A stretch of DNA of 64,000 nucleotides from sequence record LR597647. One strand, written 5' to 3'. Below, one piece after another: positions 9,377 to 19,642 of the stretch. Positions within the stretch are counted from its first letter, which is position 1; each line of letters opens with the position of its first letter. Below the pieces are notes generated by a model. It was not told where the DNA came from, did not search any database, and was given only the letters and a program-made list of their open reading frames with translations. Origin of the DNA: Escherichia phage rV5_ev147. A program made the translations under genes and the position numbers.

Positions 9377-11688
9377 TCACCAAGGTAATTAAAAGCAACG
9401 GATGTGAAGTGGCATTCGATCCAGAACGTTTAAATAAGGCAGCTATTTTCGGTGACGATGGTAACGGCAATTGGTCACATATTGCACTGGATGCCTACAA
9501 GCGGTTGTATGATGGATGTACAACCAAAGAAGTTAACCAAGCTATTATAGACTCTTGTGTTAGCCGTAAAGACGAAGCACATTCCCGTATGGCTGGTCGT
9601 GTTCTTATTGGTCAGATCTATAAAGAGGCTTTTGGAGGGTTTACAAAGATCCCTTCCTTACCATCATTTTACAATGACATGGTTGAGAAAGGTTATTGGG
9701 AGGATATGGGTTATAGCTTTACCGAGCTAAACACTTTAGACGCTGTTATTGACCACAGTAAAGATCTCGGTTATGGCTATGCAGTCCTTAAACAGTTTCG
9801 CGACAAATACGGGATCAAGGATACTCTTAAAGACACCTTGTTTGAATCTCCCCAGATGATGTTTATGGGGATAGCAATGGCTGTCATGAAGAATATGCCG
9901 AAAGAACGTCGTATCAACGATGTTGTAAAATTATACACTTATCTGTCCGACTTAAAGATCAATGCCCCAACACCGTACTTAAACGGGCTGCGCACAGGTA
10001 AGACAGGGTATGCATCTTGTTGTGTAATAAAAGCTGACGATACAGCAAAATCTATTGGTGTGGCACGTGAAGTTGCGTACACAATGACGGTTAACCAAGC
10101 AGGTATCGGCTACTACTTATCCTCAAGATCTGCAGGCGATGGTGTTCGTGGTAACACTATTAAACATATGGGTAAGATTCCATATTATCGAGGTATTGAT
10201 GCTGGGGTTAAGGAGAACAGACAACAATCACGTGGTGGTTCTGCAACAGTATCATTCCTTGCACTGGACCCGCAGATTGATGAGCTAATCCGTTTGAGAA
10301 ACCCTATGACTGTTGCTTCAAAAAGAATCAACACCATGGACTACTCCATCGGTATTAATAGGTCGTTTATCAACCGTGTGGCTAAGAATTTAGATTGGAT
10401 GCTTGTTTCTTATAAGCACGCGCCTCAACTGCATGAGGGTATCTTCACCATGTCTATGGAGGAGTTTGATGCAGAGGTTGATCGTATTGCTAAAGATGAC
10501 AGTATTCCTAAAACATGGATCCGAGCTAGAGATCTTGCTGTTGAACTGATCACGCAGCGCACTGAGGTGGGAAGGCTGTACGTATACTGGACAGATGAGA
10601 TGAATAGACATACACCTTTTAAAGATGTGATCTATTCAAGTAACCTGTGTGCAGAAATAGCCCTCCCGACAAAAGGCTATTCAGATATGCGTAATATCTT
10701 CAAGTACGATGCTGATGATGGAGAGGTTGCATTGTGCTTCCTGTCATCTCTTGTAGCTGGAAGGGTTACTCCAGAGGAGTATGAGGATGTTGCATACTAC
10801 ACGGTGCTTATGATTGACAATGTTATGGAAATCATGACATATCCGTATGAAAATATGGAAAGCACAGTTAAAAAACGCAGATCCATCGGGGTTGGCCTTA
10901 CCAATGTTGCACATTTTATTGCCAGCCACAAGGTTACTTACGGGTCTCCTGAAAGTAAACAGCTCGTTCACGATCTTGCAGAACTTCACAGCTACAGCTT
11001 GCATAAGGCAAGTTTACGGTTGGCAAAAGAGCGTGGTGTCTGCGAGTGGATGCATAAAACAAAATATCCAGAAGGTTGGTTACCAATCGACACCTATAAC
11101 AAAGAGGTCGATAGCGTGGTGAAAGATCCTTCTCTTAAACAGGATTGGGAAGGGTTACGTAAAGAAATCATTGAGAATGGTGGGCTACGTAATAGCGTTC
11201 TTGAAGCATATATGCCTAATGAAAGCTCTTCGCTGGCAACAAACACCACTAACGGGGTTTATCCTGTCCGTGAGCACATTATCTTTAAAAAGTCGCCACA
11301 AGGGCAGGTGCTGTTTATCGTTCCTGACTATGATGAGTTGAAAGAGTATTACACCTCGGCTTGGGACGTTGATACTAACGACATGATCGATATGTATGCC
11401 GTGATTCAAAAATTCACAGGTCAGGCAATCAGCGCGGATTTATACATAGACTACACCAAGTTGAAAGATGGTAAAATTTCAATGAAGGAGCAGTTAGGGT
11501 ACCTTATCCGTGCCACTAAATTCGGGATGAAGACATGGTATTATTTAAACTCTAGGGTTGGTGCTGGTGACTCCTTGGCAGAGGAACTTCATGCCAAGAA
11601 ACAGGCTGAAGATGAAACCAGAAAGAACTATCCTTTGATTGCAGATAGTTCAGTTGAAGATCCGTATTGCGAAAGCTGTGCACTATAA
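9373..11688 (+). CDS. nrdA: ribonucleotide reductase class Ia large subunit NrdA (TTG start)
   Basis: N-terminal ATP-cone, catalytic SNLCAEI motif, C-terminal CESC pair; GGAGG RBS. Confidence 0.9.
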   Translation: MITKVIKSNGCEVAFDPERLNKAAIFGDDGNGNWSHIALDAYKRLYDGCTTKEVNQAIIDSCVSRKDEAHSRMAGRVLIGQIYKEAFGGFTKIPSLPSFYNDMVEKGYWEDMGYSFTELNTLDAVIDHSKDLGYGYAVLKQFRDKYGIKDTLKDTLFESPQMMFMGIAMAVMKNMPKERRINDVVKLYTYLSDLKINAPTPYLNGLRTGKTGYASCCVIKADDTAKSIGVAREVAYTMTVNQAGIGYYLSSRSAGDGVRGNTIKHMGKIPYYRGIDAGVKENRQQSRGGSATVSFLALDPQIDELIRLRNPMTVASKRINTMDYSIGINRSFINRVAKNLDWMLVSYKHAPQLHEGIFTMSMEEFDAEVDRIAKDDSIPKTWIRARDLAVELITQRTEVGRLYVYWTDEMNRHTPFKDVIYSSNLCAEIALPTKGYSDMRNIFKYDADDGEVALCFLSSLVAGRVTPEEYEDVAYYTVLMIDNVMEIMTYPYENMESTVKKRRSIGVGLTNVAHFIASHKVTYGSPESKQLVHDLAELHSYSLHKASLRLAKERGVCEWMHKTKYPEGWLPIDTYNKEVDSVVKDPSLKQDWEGLRKEIIENGGLRNSVLEAYMPNESSSLATNTTNGVYPVREHIIFKKSPQGQVLFIVPDYDELKEYYTSAWDVDTNDMIDMYAVIQKFTGQAISADLYIDYTKLKDGKISMKEQLGYLIRATKFGMKTWYYLNSRVGAGDSLAEELHAKKQAEDETRKNYPLIADSSVEDPYCESCAL

Positions 11689-11695
11689 TTTTAAA

Positions 11696-11716
11696 GGGGC
11701 TTCGGCCCCATTTTAG
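11696..11716 (+). terminator. hairpin with T-run between nrdA and nrdB (attenuator/partial terminator)
   Basis: GGGGC-ttcg-GCCCC followed by ATTTTAG. Confidence 0.45.
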
Positions 11717-11726
11717 AGGTAGAATA

Positions 11727-12815
11727 ATGGCTGTATTTAATGCTGAGAACACCGCTCATAAAACTGGTGACTATCCGCTGTTTCTGGGACAGCAAATGGG
11801 TATGTACGACTCTATCAACAAAAAATATCCACAACTGTTTGAACTATACAAAAAACAAAAAGAGCAAGATTGGGCAGAGGATGAAGTGGATTTGTCGCAA
11901 TCTATTTCAGATTTTGTAACATGCTCAAAGTCAACTTATGACGTGATGGTGCAGACCTTGATGTGGCAATGGGAGGCTGATAGCGTTGCGGCAAGATCGA
12001 TCATCTGCCTCTTTTCACCATTCATCACTAATAGTGAGCTTTTCACTTTATTGATGAAACAGTCAGAGATTGAAGTTCTTCACGCACTAACTTACTCAGA
12101 GATTGTTAGACAATGCCTCCCCAATGCCCGTGAGATTATAGAAGAGATTCAGGAAAACCAAAACGTTCTGAGCAGATCCGGCGTTATTGTCAAATACATG
12201 CAAGAGCTTGAGGTTATTGGTGCAAAATACCGCCTGGATCCTTCTAGTGTTGAAGAAGATATTGTGCGGAAATGCATTCTTAGAGCGCTTTTTGCGCTTT
12301 TAGCTCTGGAAAGTATTGAGTTTATTGCAAGTTTTGCATGCACTTTCGCAGTAGCTGAACAGGGTATCTTTGTTCAGGTGGCGCAGCTTGTTCAAAAAAT
12401 CATGCTTGACGAAATGCTACATTCGAAAGGTGATTTTGCCATCATTGATATCTTGCTTAATGATCCCGCATGGGAGAAAAGCTTCCTTGAGATAAAGGGG
12501 GAGTTAAAAGAGATTCTTGATGAAGTACGAACCAAAGAGTACGGTTGGAGTGACTATATTTTCAGCGAAGGAAGAGCGATTATAGGTCTTAACTCACCGT
12601 TGCTTAAAGAGTGGGTTGACTATAACTGCTCACCGATTTATGATTACTACGACATCGACAAAGACTTTGTGCCGCCAACAAAGGACCCGCTACCGTTTAT
12701 GCAGGTGTGGATGAAACCTTCATTACAACAGACGGCGAACCAAGAAATGTCGAACACTGACTACCGCGTCAACACAACTGTTAACGACGCTGAAGAAGAA
12801 ATTTGGGAGTTTTAA
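11727..12815 (+). CDS. nrdB: ribonucleotide reductase small subunit NrdB
   Basis: di-iron ligand-like E/H motifs, position after nrdA. Confidence 0.8.
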   Translation: MAVFNAENTAHKTGDYPLFLGQQMGMYDSINKKYPQLFELYKKQKEQDWAEDEVDLSQSISDFVTCSKSTYDVMVQTLMWQWEADSVAARSIICLFSPFITNSELFTLLMKQSEIEVLHALTYSEIVRQCLPNAREIIEEIQENQNVLSRSGVIVKYMQELEVIGAKYRLDPSSVEEDIVRKCILRALFALLALESIEFIASFACTFAVAEQGIFVQVAQLVQKIMLDEMLHSKGDFAIIDILLNDPAWEKSFLEIKGELKEILDEVRTKEYGWSDYIFSEGRAIIGLNSPLLKEWVDYNCSPIYDYYDIDKDFVPPTKDPLPFMQVWMKPSLQQTANQEMSNTDYRVNTTVNDAEEEIWEF

Positions 12816-12818
12816 TAT

Positions 12819-13097
12819 ATGAGCTGCGAAAAATCTTTTTTCATCATCATTTACGGTAAGGATAACTGCCCACATTGTGTCAGAGCAAAAGAATTTGCAA
12901 TCAGCAAAGGTCTGCCTTTTGTATATAAGACACTTGGCGAGGGCTACACAAAAGAAGAGCTTATTGAGAAGTGCAGTCCAATTGTCCCCAGAACGTTGCC
13001 GCAGATCTTCTTAGAAAGCGATCTTGACAGTGTCCATATAGGCGGTGCCGACGATTTCATCTCTTTTGTTAAGAATGGTTTTGGAGAGAAAAAGTGA
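12819..13097 (+). CDS. glutaredoxin/NrdH-like redoxin
   Basis: CPHC active site in first 20 residues, 92 aa. Confidence 0.7.
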   Translation: MSCEKSFFIIIYGKDNCPHCVRAKEFAISKGLPFVYKTLGEGYTKEELIEKCSPIVPRTLPQIFLESDLDSVHIGGADDFISFVKNGFGEKK

Positions 13098-15217
13098 AAG
13101 TTGTAAAACGGGACGGTAGAGAAGAGTTCTATAACGGAATTAAGGTGATCAAGGCGGCAGAGTCCGCCTTACTTGAGTCTGGACATACTGAAGAAGAAGC
13201 TTACCGGATCGCCTGCGCGGTTAATGAAGTTGTTGCTAACAATCTACCAACCGACCAGTGCACGATCTCTGTAAAAAATATCCATATCCTTGTTGAAGAT
13301 GCTCTTATGGATATGGGTTTAAAATGTGCAGCCAGAGAATACATCCAGTATAGACAGACAAGAGATAATAACAGAGAGGCAGGTGGAAAACTGCTTGCAG
13401 ATATTAGTGGCTTCTTGGATCGAACTTGTGATGAATTTACAAAAGAAAACGCAAATAAGCCTACTAATCATGTACACACTCATCGCGACCTGCTTGCAGG
13501 TATTCTTAGCAAACACCTTGCATCAACACAGATCCTGCCAGACCGTGTCTCCGAAGAGCACAATAAAGGATTCATCCATGTGCATGATCTTGACTACTTG
13601 ATCAGTCCGTTAACAAACTGTTGTTTGGTAAATTATCCAGATATGTTGGAAAACGGATTCAACATTGGTAACGCCCATGTCAGTAAGCCGAAGTCAATAG
13701 GGGTTGCAACAACAATCCTTAGCCAAATCTCTAGTGCGGTAGCTAGTGCTCAATATGGTGGTCAGACTATGAGCCATATTGATCATTATCTGGCACAGTA
13801 TGCTGAAGCAACCTATGAGAAGAACCTTAAATTTTGCCAGGAACATTGGTTGCCGGATGCTGAAACTGTTGCAATGCAAATGACAGATAAAGACGTATTT
13901 GACAGCATGCAGACTTTGCTCTATCAAATCAACACGTTAACTTCTGTCAACGGGCAAACTCCATTCATCACATTGAGTTTAGGACTGGATACCTCGGTCT
14001 TTGGTAGAATGATTACCAAAAACTACCTGAAAGTCCACAAAATGGGTCTTGGTGAAGAACGTATCACACCTGTGTTCCCTAAAGTGCTGTTCTTCCTGGA
14101 AGAGGGTGTCAACATGAACCCTGGGGATCCTAACTATGATTTGAAACGATTAGCTCTGGAATGCTGTGCAGAACGTATCTATCCTGACTTCGTATCTGTA
14201 CCACTAAATAGAAAAGTGACAGGCTCGACAGATGGCAAAGTAACTAGCATGGGTTGCAGGAGTTTTCTTAGCAAATACAATGACTTGGAAACAGGCGAGG
14301 AGAAATACCTTGGCAGATTTAACTTAGGCGTTGTTAGCCTTAACCTGCCAATGATTGCGGCAAAAGCCAAGACGGAAGGTGTTGATTTCTTTGCAGTTCT
14401 TGACGAATACTTGGATCTTGCATACGAGGCTCACCTTGTAAGGGTTAATCGTCTAAAAGGAACAAAGGCAGGGCAGAACCCCATCATGTGGTGTGAAGGC
14501 GCTCTTGCTCGCCTGGATCCTGAAGAGAGTATTGATAAACTCTTCTATGACGGGTACGCTTCCATCAGTATTGGGTATATCGGTGTGTATGAAACCTGTC
14601 AGATTTTGGGCAGAGAGGGTGACAAGGCTTTAGCTCTTGGAATCCTTCAGCACATGAGAGATGCTTGTGAGCGATACAAGAAGGAAAGTAGACTAGCATT
14701 TAGCTTGTACGGCACTCCTTCTGAGAGTCTATGCTATAAAGCTGCAACCTGTCTGGATCGTGAATATCCGGAAGTGTTGAAGCACGAGCATGAATATCTC
14801 ACCAACAGTTTCCATCAGCCAGTATGGATAAATAGCTCTCCTTTTGATAAGTGGGAGTATGAGGAAGGTTTTGCTATGATCTCCTCTGGTGGCAACATCG
14901 GATACGTAGAAACACCTAACCTGAAAAACAACCTAGATGCTTTAGAGGCTCTTGTTGACTTCGGGTATAAACACATTATGTATTTTGGTATTAACCAACC
15001 TGTGGATAAATGTCTCAAGTGTGGTTTCTCTGGTGAGTTCAGTGCAACAGCTAAAGGCTTTGTATGCCCAGAGTGTGGAAACCATGAAGAGGGAACGATC
15101 AGTGTAATTCGACGTGTGTCTGGATACCTTTCCAGTCCTAACTCCCGTCCTTACAATAAAGGTAAGCAAGCGGAAGTTATCGAGCGAGTTAAGCACTACG
15201 GAAGTTGTGGTTGCTGA
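13094..15217 (+). CDS. nrdD: anaerobic ribonucleotide reductase NrdD (class III), GTG start
   Basis: ATP-cone VVKRDGREE, C-terminal CxxC...CxxC and glycyl-radical motif RVSGY. Confidence 0.85.
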   Translation: MKVVKRDGREEFYNGIKVIKAAESALLESGHTEEEAYRIACAVNEVVANNLPTDQCTISVKNIHILVEDALMDMGLKCAAREYIQYRQTRDNNREAGGKLLADISGFLDRTCDEFTKENANKPTNHVHTHRDLLAGILSKHLASTQILPDRVSEEHNKGFIHVHDLDYLISPLTNCCLVNYPDMLENGFNIGNAHVSKPKSIGVATTILSQISSAVASAQYGGQTMSHIDHYLAQYAEATYEKNLKFCQEHWLPDAETVAMQMTDKDVFDSMQTLLYQINTLTSVNGQTPFITLSLGLDTSVFGRMITKNYLKVHKMGLGEERITPVFPKVLFFLEEGVNMNPGDPNYDLKRLALECCAERIYPDFVSVPLNRKVTGSTDGKVTSMGCRSFLSKYNDLETGEEKYLGRFNLGVVSLNLPMIAAKAKTEGVDFFAVLDEYLDLAYEAHLVRVNRLKGTKAGQNPIMWCEGALARLDPEESIDKLFYDGYASISIGYIGVYETCQILGREGDKALALGILQHMRDACERYKKESRLAFSLYGTPSESLCYKAATCLDREYPEVLKHEHEYLTNSFHQPVWINSSPFDKWEYEEGFAMISSGGNIGYVETPNLKNNLDALEALVDFGYKHIMYFGINQPVDKCLKCGFSGEFSATAKGFVCPECGNHEEGTISVIRRVSGYLSSPNSRPYNKGKQAEVIERVKHYGSCGC

Positions 15218-15220
15218 TTC

Positions 15221-15251
15221 TTGACAAAAGCCACAAGGATGTGGCATATTA
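15221..15251 (+). promoter_or_regulatory. sigma70-like promoter with palindrome GCCACAAGGATGTGGC in spacer
   Basis: TTGACA at 15221; palindrome 15230-15245; -10-like ATATTA. Confidence 0.45.
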
Positions 15252-15280
15252 TTGACACACAGTGAGCTAGGAGGTGCAGT

Positions 15281-15397
15281 ATGTCATCAGGTATTTATAA
15301 AATTTGCAAGTGCGGCTGTAGTTGTAATCTTCGTTGGTGCAAGGCACTAGACGATTTTATTTGGCATTGCCCTAAATGTGATGCGGAGTATCTATGA
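15281..15397 (+). CDS. 38-aa Cys-rich zinc-ribbon-like micro-protein
   Basis: AGGAGG RBS; CKCGCSC...CPKC; ATGA overlap with nrdG start. Confidence 0.4.
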   Translation: MSSGIYKICKCGCSCNLRWCKALDDFIWHCPKCDAEYL

Positions 15398-15867
15398 ACA
15401 TTGCTGGATACACAGAAATATCTTACACCGAAGGACCAGGTATTAGAACTGCCTTGTGGGTATCTGGGTGCCCACACGCTTGCCCTGGTTGCTTTAATCA
15501 GGCATTTTGGTCAAAAGATAAGGGGAGGAAGTTCACTGAAGAAGACTTGCAAAAAATCTTGTCAGATTTAGATAACCCGTCTGTGTGCGGTATCTCTCTA
15601 CTGGGTGGAGAACCCTTAGCATACTATAATGAGCCAGATATTATTAGCCTGATGGAGAAAATTAAGGAAAAATTTGGTGACAAGAAAACTATTCTTGTAT
15701 ATACTGGGTTCACATTTGACCATATCTCTAGTGATGTTCTTAAACTGGCTGATATCATCATTGACGGTAAGTATGTAAAAGATTTACCAACCAAGAAACC
15801 GTTCCGAGGCAGTGATAACCAAAGAATGTTTAAAAAAGTATCAGGCGGTTGGGTTCAGGTAGACTAG
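15394..15867 (+). CDS. nrdG: anaerobic RNR activating enzyme NrdG (radical SAM)
   Basis: CPHACPGC radical-SAM cluster motif. Confidence 0.8.
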   Translation: MNIAGYTEISYTEGPGIRTALWVSGCPHACPGCFNQAFWSKDKGRKFTEEDLQKILSDLDNPSVCGISLLGGEPLAYYNEPDIISLMEKIKEKFGDKKTILVYTGFTFDHISSDVLKLADIIIDGKYVKDLPTKKPFRGSDNQRMFKKVSGGWVQVD

Positions 15868-15870
15868 TTG

Positions 15871-15900
15871 TTGACAAAGCTTTGTTGAGTTGGTTATAAT
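15871..15900 (+). promoter_or_regulatory. sigma70-like promoter (TTGACA-18-TATAAT)
   Basis: consensus hexamers. Confidence 0.55.
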
Positions 15901-15929
15901 TGCCGTAATGAAAGCAGAGGAGGTGCCAA

Positions 15930-16043
15930 ATGGCTAAAAAAGCCTTGAAGAAGGCGTACAAGAAAGAGATTGCGCTTGAGCTTAAGAAAAAACACAAGCG
16001 TGAAAAGAAACATCATGAAGATGAAGAGGGGGTGCAACAGTGA
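15930..16043 (+). CDS. 37-aa highly basic peptide
   Basis: strong RBS agaggaggt; Lys-rich; stop overlaps GTG start of next ORF. Confidence 0.35.
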   Translation: MAKKALKKAYKKEIALELKKKHKREKKHHEDEEGVQQ

Positions 16044-16390
16044 CACAAGAACGTATCGATTTGGCTAATAAGTTTGTAGATCTCATTTTGCCACGGTTAG
16101 TTACTCAACATGCAGATGCTATTTCTACTAATCTTGATGGCTTACGCCTAATGCTGAATCGCACAGATGACCCTCGTATTCGGGCTGATTTAGAAGCCTC
16201 TGCCAACAAACTGGAAAAGTTCTTGCAAGTAGACACGCAAGAAGCCTTGCACAAGATTATGGTGGAAGGTTTCTCTAAAGAATTTACCATTAAAGAGCTT
16301 AAGGAGCTGATCCACCAAGAAGAGATGAATATCCGAGTTCAGGCTGTTGCAAGCAGCATGGAAGCGGCTATTGAAAAACTGTTGCAGTAA
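16040..16390 (+). CDS. hypothetical protein
   Basis: ORF. Confidence 0.4.
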   Translation: MTQERIDLANKFVDLILPRLVTQHADAISTNLDGLRLMLNRTDDPRIRADLEASANKLEKFLQVDTQEALHKIMVEGFSKEFTIKELKELIHQEEMNIRVQAVASSMEAAIEKLLQ

Positions 16391-16428
16391 AAGTACTTGG
16401 CACATCTCAATCTGAAAGGAGTCCCAAC

Positions 16429-17217
16429 ATGGGTCGAGCTAAAGAAACAAAACGCATGCGTGATGAAGCTAGAGAGGCTCGCAAATCTGATCGCCTGCGT
16501 AAGGCTGCTGAGAAATTTGCTGACGAAAGAGAGCACACCGCTCCAGCTCTCCGACCAATGAATAAGAAGCAGCAAAAGTATCTTGATTATCTAGGGTCAC
16601 GTAAGATTATTATTGTAAACGGTGTGTTTGGATCCGGTAAGACATTCATGGCATCTGCATATGCAGGTGATCTTCTGCGTAAGAACGAGATTGATAAGAT
16701 TATTGTTGCACGTCCTTACGTTCAGACAGGAAAGACTTCAGGATTTAAACCTGGAAATGCAATGCAGAAACTGTGGCCCTATCTTCGAAGCATGATGGAC
16801 ACGATTTGTCGTCGTGTTGGCAAAGGTGCTTTTGCCGCAATGCTGGGAGACGGTCAGAACAGCCGTATCGAGATTTGTGAAGTTGAAAGCATTCGTGGTC
16901 GTAGTTTCGATGAGCGATGCTTTGTCCTGATTGACGAGGCACAGCAAACTAACCCTGAAGAAATGTTGTCAATTATCACAAGGATCTCTGATCAAGCCAC
17001 CCTTGTAATTATGGGTGATAATAGCCAACGTGACATCCCTGGTAAATCTGGCCTTGCATGGGTGACGGATTTCTTTACTCGTCATCCAGATCCTGAGGTT
17101 GGAATGATCAGCTTTGATAGTCCAGACGATGTCGTTCGTTCTGGGTTGGGTCGTCAGATCGCACTCAATCTTATTGAGGATCGTGCAAATCATATTTGGA
17201 CCCCTGTTTCCGAGTAA
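16429..17217 (+). CDS. phoH: PhoH-like ATPase
   Basis: Walker A GVFGSGKTF and PhoH-like IIVARPYVQTGK...GFKPG. Confidence 0.75.
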   Translation: MGRAKETKRMRDEAREARKSDRLRKAAEKFADEREHTAPALRPMNKKQQKYLDYLGSRKIIIVNGVFGSGKTFMASAYAGDLLRKNEIDKIIVARPYVQTGKTSGFKPGNAMQKLWPYLRSMMDTICRRVGKGAFAAMLGDGQNSRIEICEVESIRGRSFDERCFVLIDEAQQTNPEEMLSIITRISDQATLVIMGDNSQRDIPGKSGLAWVTDFFTRHPDPEVGMISFDSPDDVVRSGLGRQIALNLIEDRANHIWTPVSE

Positions 17218-17261
17218 TACAGAAGGGTGGTTATTCCACCCTTAAATATCTAAAACAGTTG

Positions 17262-17290
17262 TTGACAAATAGGTAAGCTTTAGATATTAT
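17262..17290 (+). promoter_or_regulatory. sigma70-like promoter (TTGACA-17-TATTAT)
   Basis: consensus hexamers; preceded by hairpin GGGTGG-ttatt-CCACCC. Confidence 0.55.
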
Positions 17291-17318
17291 TATCGGACAA
17301 AACAGAGAGAAGGACAGT

Positions 17319-17630
17319 ATGGCTACAATACAAGAGAAACTGAATAAAATATACTGCCTGTTTGTCTATAACGGCGAGACAATTTTGGCAAATAAGGGAT
17401 CCAAGAATGTGTGGACCAAGGACAGCGGTGGTAATATAATTAACTTAGCGTTGCTACGTGAGCGCCGACACAGATTCTTTATCGAGTCTCGAATTATTGA
17501 AAGCAGCACTTGCTACAGAACAGGCGATAAAGTAATTGTTGACAATGATACGTGGTATGTGGTAGACTGGCAATCATCGAGTTGTGATGCTTCTGACAAT
17601 CGTAAGTATTCCATAGTGATTGCTAAATAA
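17319..17630 (+). CDS. hypothetical protein
   Basis: ORF downstream of promoter. Confidence 0.45.
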   Translation: MATIQEKLNKIYCLFVYNGETILANKGSKNVWTKDSGGNIINLALLRERRHRFFIESRIIESSTCYRTGDKVIVDNDTWYVVDWQSSSCDASDNRKYSIVIAK

Positions 17631-17690
17631 AGGTAAATGTGAATCAGGTTTAAATAAATAGCTTTCAACTTCCAATATTAAGGATTTCTC

Positions 17691-18740
17691 ATGAATTTAA
17701 CACCTCGCAGAACCATGGTACACGGCATGAAAGAAAAACAGAACGGTTTCGAACCTATGAGTAATAAAATGTTTGGTATGCCGGGCGGTATCATGGAAAC
17801 ATACAGCTACCCAACACCTGTTGTTGACCACGTTCTTTATATCGACGATTTGGAAGACTTACAAGATCATATGTCTCGTCTGCAGACGATCCGTATGGCT
17901 CAGCCGGAAGAAAGCATTCGGGTGATCATCAATAGCCCTGGGGGTTGCGTGCACATTGCAATGGCTTATCTGCAGGCATTCCGAGAGTCTCAGGCAAGCG
18001 TTGTTGCACATGCTGAAGGGATGTGCTGCTCTGCTGGAACAATCTTATGGCTTGGTTGTAAAGAACGTACTGTGGCTCCGGACACAGAGTTTATGTTCCA
18101 CTACTATCAAGGTGGCACTTATGGTAACGGTGTGAACATGAATACTCAGGTCAGCTACTGGAAAAAACGTTTTGAACGCCTGATCGAAAAATACTACGGT
18201 GGGGTGCTGACAGAAGATGAGATCGCATCCATCACAGCTGGTGGCGAAGTGTGGTTGGACGGAGAAGAGCTGGCAGCACGCACTGGAGCTATTATTCTGG
18301 ATGAAGGCAACATACAACGCATCCAGAACGGACAAAAACCGAAAAAGCTTCTGGCAAAAGGTGATGAAGAAGGCGTGTTAGGTGAAGCAGGTCTTCCGGA
18401 GATTCACCAGTGCACATCTTTAGATGAGTTAGTTCATGCTGTTGAATCTGCAAAAGCGGGTGGTTCGAAAGGTGATGTTCACACTGTGTTCCTGAATCTG
18501 CAGATGGAAAGTGGCGAGACCGTCAGAATTGCCCTGAGTGAGATTACTTCAGAAGATCTGCAGAGATTCTCTGTCGTTGAACTTCAGGATATTCTGTCTC
18601 AATTGAAGACTACTCTGAACGGCGGTGAAGAGGTTAAGGTGAAAGATAAGACTCGCAAGCGTCTGGTGGACAATATTATTAAAACAGCAAAAGAGCTCAA
18701 TGAAAAAATCCTGGGTGCAGGAATTGTCGAAGAAGCTTAA
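17691..18740 (+). CDS. ClpP-like serine peptidase with C-terminal extension
   Basis: INSPGG and GMCCSAG motifs resembling ClpP/S49; 349 aa. Confidence 0.55.
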   Translation: MNLTPRRTMVHGMKEKQNGFEPMSNKMFGMPGGIMETYSYPTPVVDHVLYIDDLEDLQDHMSRLQTIRMAQPEESIRVIINSPGGCVHIAMAYLQAFRESQASVVAHAEGMCCSAGTILWLGCKERTVAPDTEFMFHYYQGGTYGNGVNMNTQVSYWKKRFERLIEKYYGGVLTEDEIASITAGGEVWLDGEELAARTGAIILDEGNIQRIQNGQKPKKLLAKGDEEGVLGEAGLPEIHQCTSLDELVHAVESAKAGGSKGDVHTVFLNLQMESGETVRIALSEITSEDLQRFSVVELQDILSQLKTTLNGGEEVKVKDKTRKRLVDNIIKTAKELNEKILGAGIVEEA

Positions 18741-18752
18741 ACATTAATTCTA

Positions 18753-18777
18753 AAGCCCTCTTCGGAGGGCTTTTATG
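18753..18777 (+). terminator. rho-independent terminator
   Basis: AAGCCCTC-ttcg-GAGGGCTT followed by TTTAT. Confidence 0.6.
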
Positions 18778-18791
18778 ATCTGGAGATTTGC

Positions 18792-19325
18792 ATGACTTGT
18801 GCTAGAAAACCTGATGAACAACGTAACGCCTACGATGAGTATGTGACACCGGAGTGGTGTGCAGAAGGGCTGTATGACCTTATTCCGTTCCCAGAAGACT
18901 GGACCTACTTAGAGCCTTGCAGGAATAGTGCCTCAGGTGTGTTCTACTCCCGTATGCCGTTAGGATCTGCATGGGGAGAAATACAAGAAGGTGTTGACTA
19001 TCTGAATACAGAATACAACCATGTTGACTGTATTATCACCAACCCACCATACAGCCTGGCTCGTGAGTTTGTAGACAAGGCGTTGAAAGATGCTGACGTA
19101 GTTATTATGCTTTTGCGTCTTAATTTTCTGGAAAGCAAAGCCAGATTTGAATGGTGGCTTGATAATGCACCTACTACTGTGATCACAATATCTAAGCGTC
19201 CATCATTTCAATCAAACGGCAGAACTGACGGGCAAGCATATGCATATTTTGTGTGGGATAAGAAAAACCGTTTAGACTTGCCGCCGTTTATGTGGTTGGC
19301 ACCCCCAGAGGTAGACCTGAAATGA
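18792..19325 (+). CDS. phage Dam-type DNA N6-adenine methyltransferase
   Basis: CIITNPPYS catalytic motif, about 170 aa. Confidence 0.75.
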   Translation: MTCARKPDEQRNAYDEYVTPEWCAEGLYDLIPFPEDWTYLEPCRNSASGVFYSRMPLGSAWGEIQEGVDYLNTEYNHVDCIITNPPYSLAREFVDKALKDADVVIMLLRLNFLESKARFEWWLDNAPTTVITISKRPSFQSNGRTDGQAYAYFVWDKKNRLDLPPFMWLAPPEVDLK

Positions 19326-19606
19326 AAATGAGTGCTAAGGACAAATTACACCAGCTAGCGCTAAAACGCCCTGTAACGCTCCCTGACGAGCTTAACTCCA
19401 TTTATGATGCGATTGTAGGGGAGATACAAAATAAAGCGTTAGCAGGCTTTCTGGGGTGCGGATTTTCGATAAATCTACCCTCGCATCTCTCAGATTACTT
19501 CCCGCACATTGTTGGAGATTTAAGGGCAGGAGGTCTGCAGGTAGATGTTGTTGGCATCTCCCCAGAGAAAAATAATACGGTTGCCTACTTGACAGTAACC
19601 TGGTAG
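19322..19606 (+). CDS. hypothetical protein
   Basis: ATGA overlap with upstream stop. Confidence 0.4.
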   Translation: MKMSAKDKLHQLALKRPVTLPDELNSIYDAIVGEIQNKALAGFLGCGFSINLPSHLSDYFPHIVGDLRAGGLQVDVVGISPEKNNTVAYLTVTW

Positions 19607-19642
19607 TTGTGTATTGTTGTTTTCAACAAGAGGGGGTCATTT

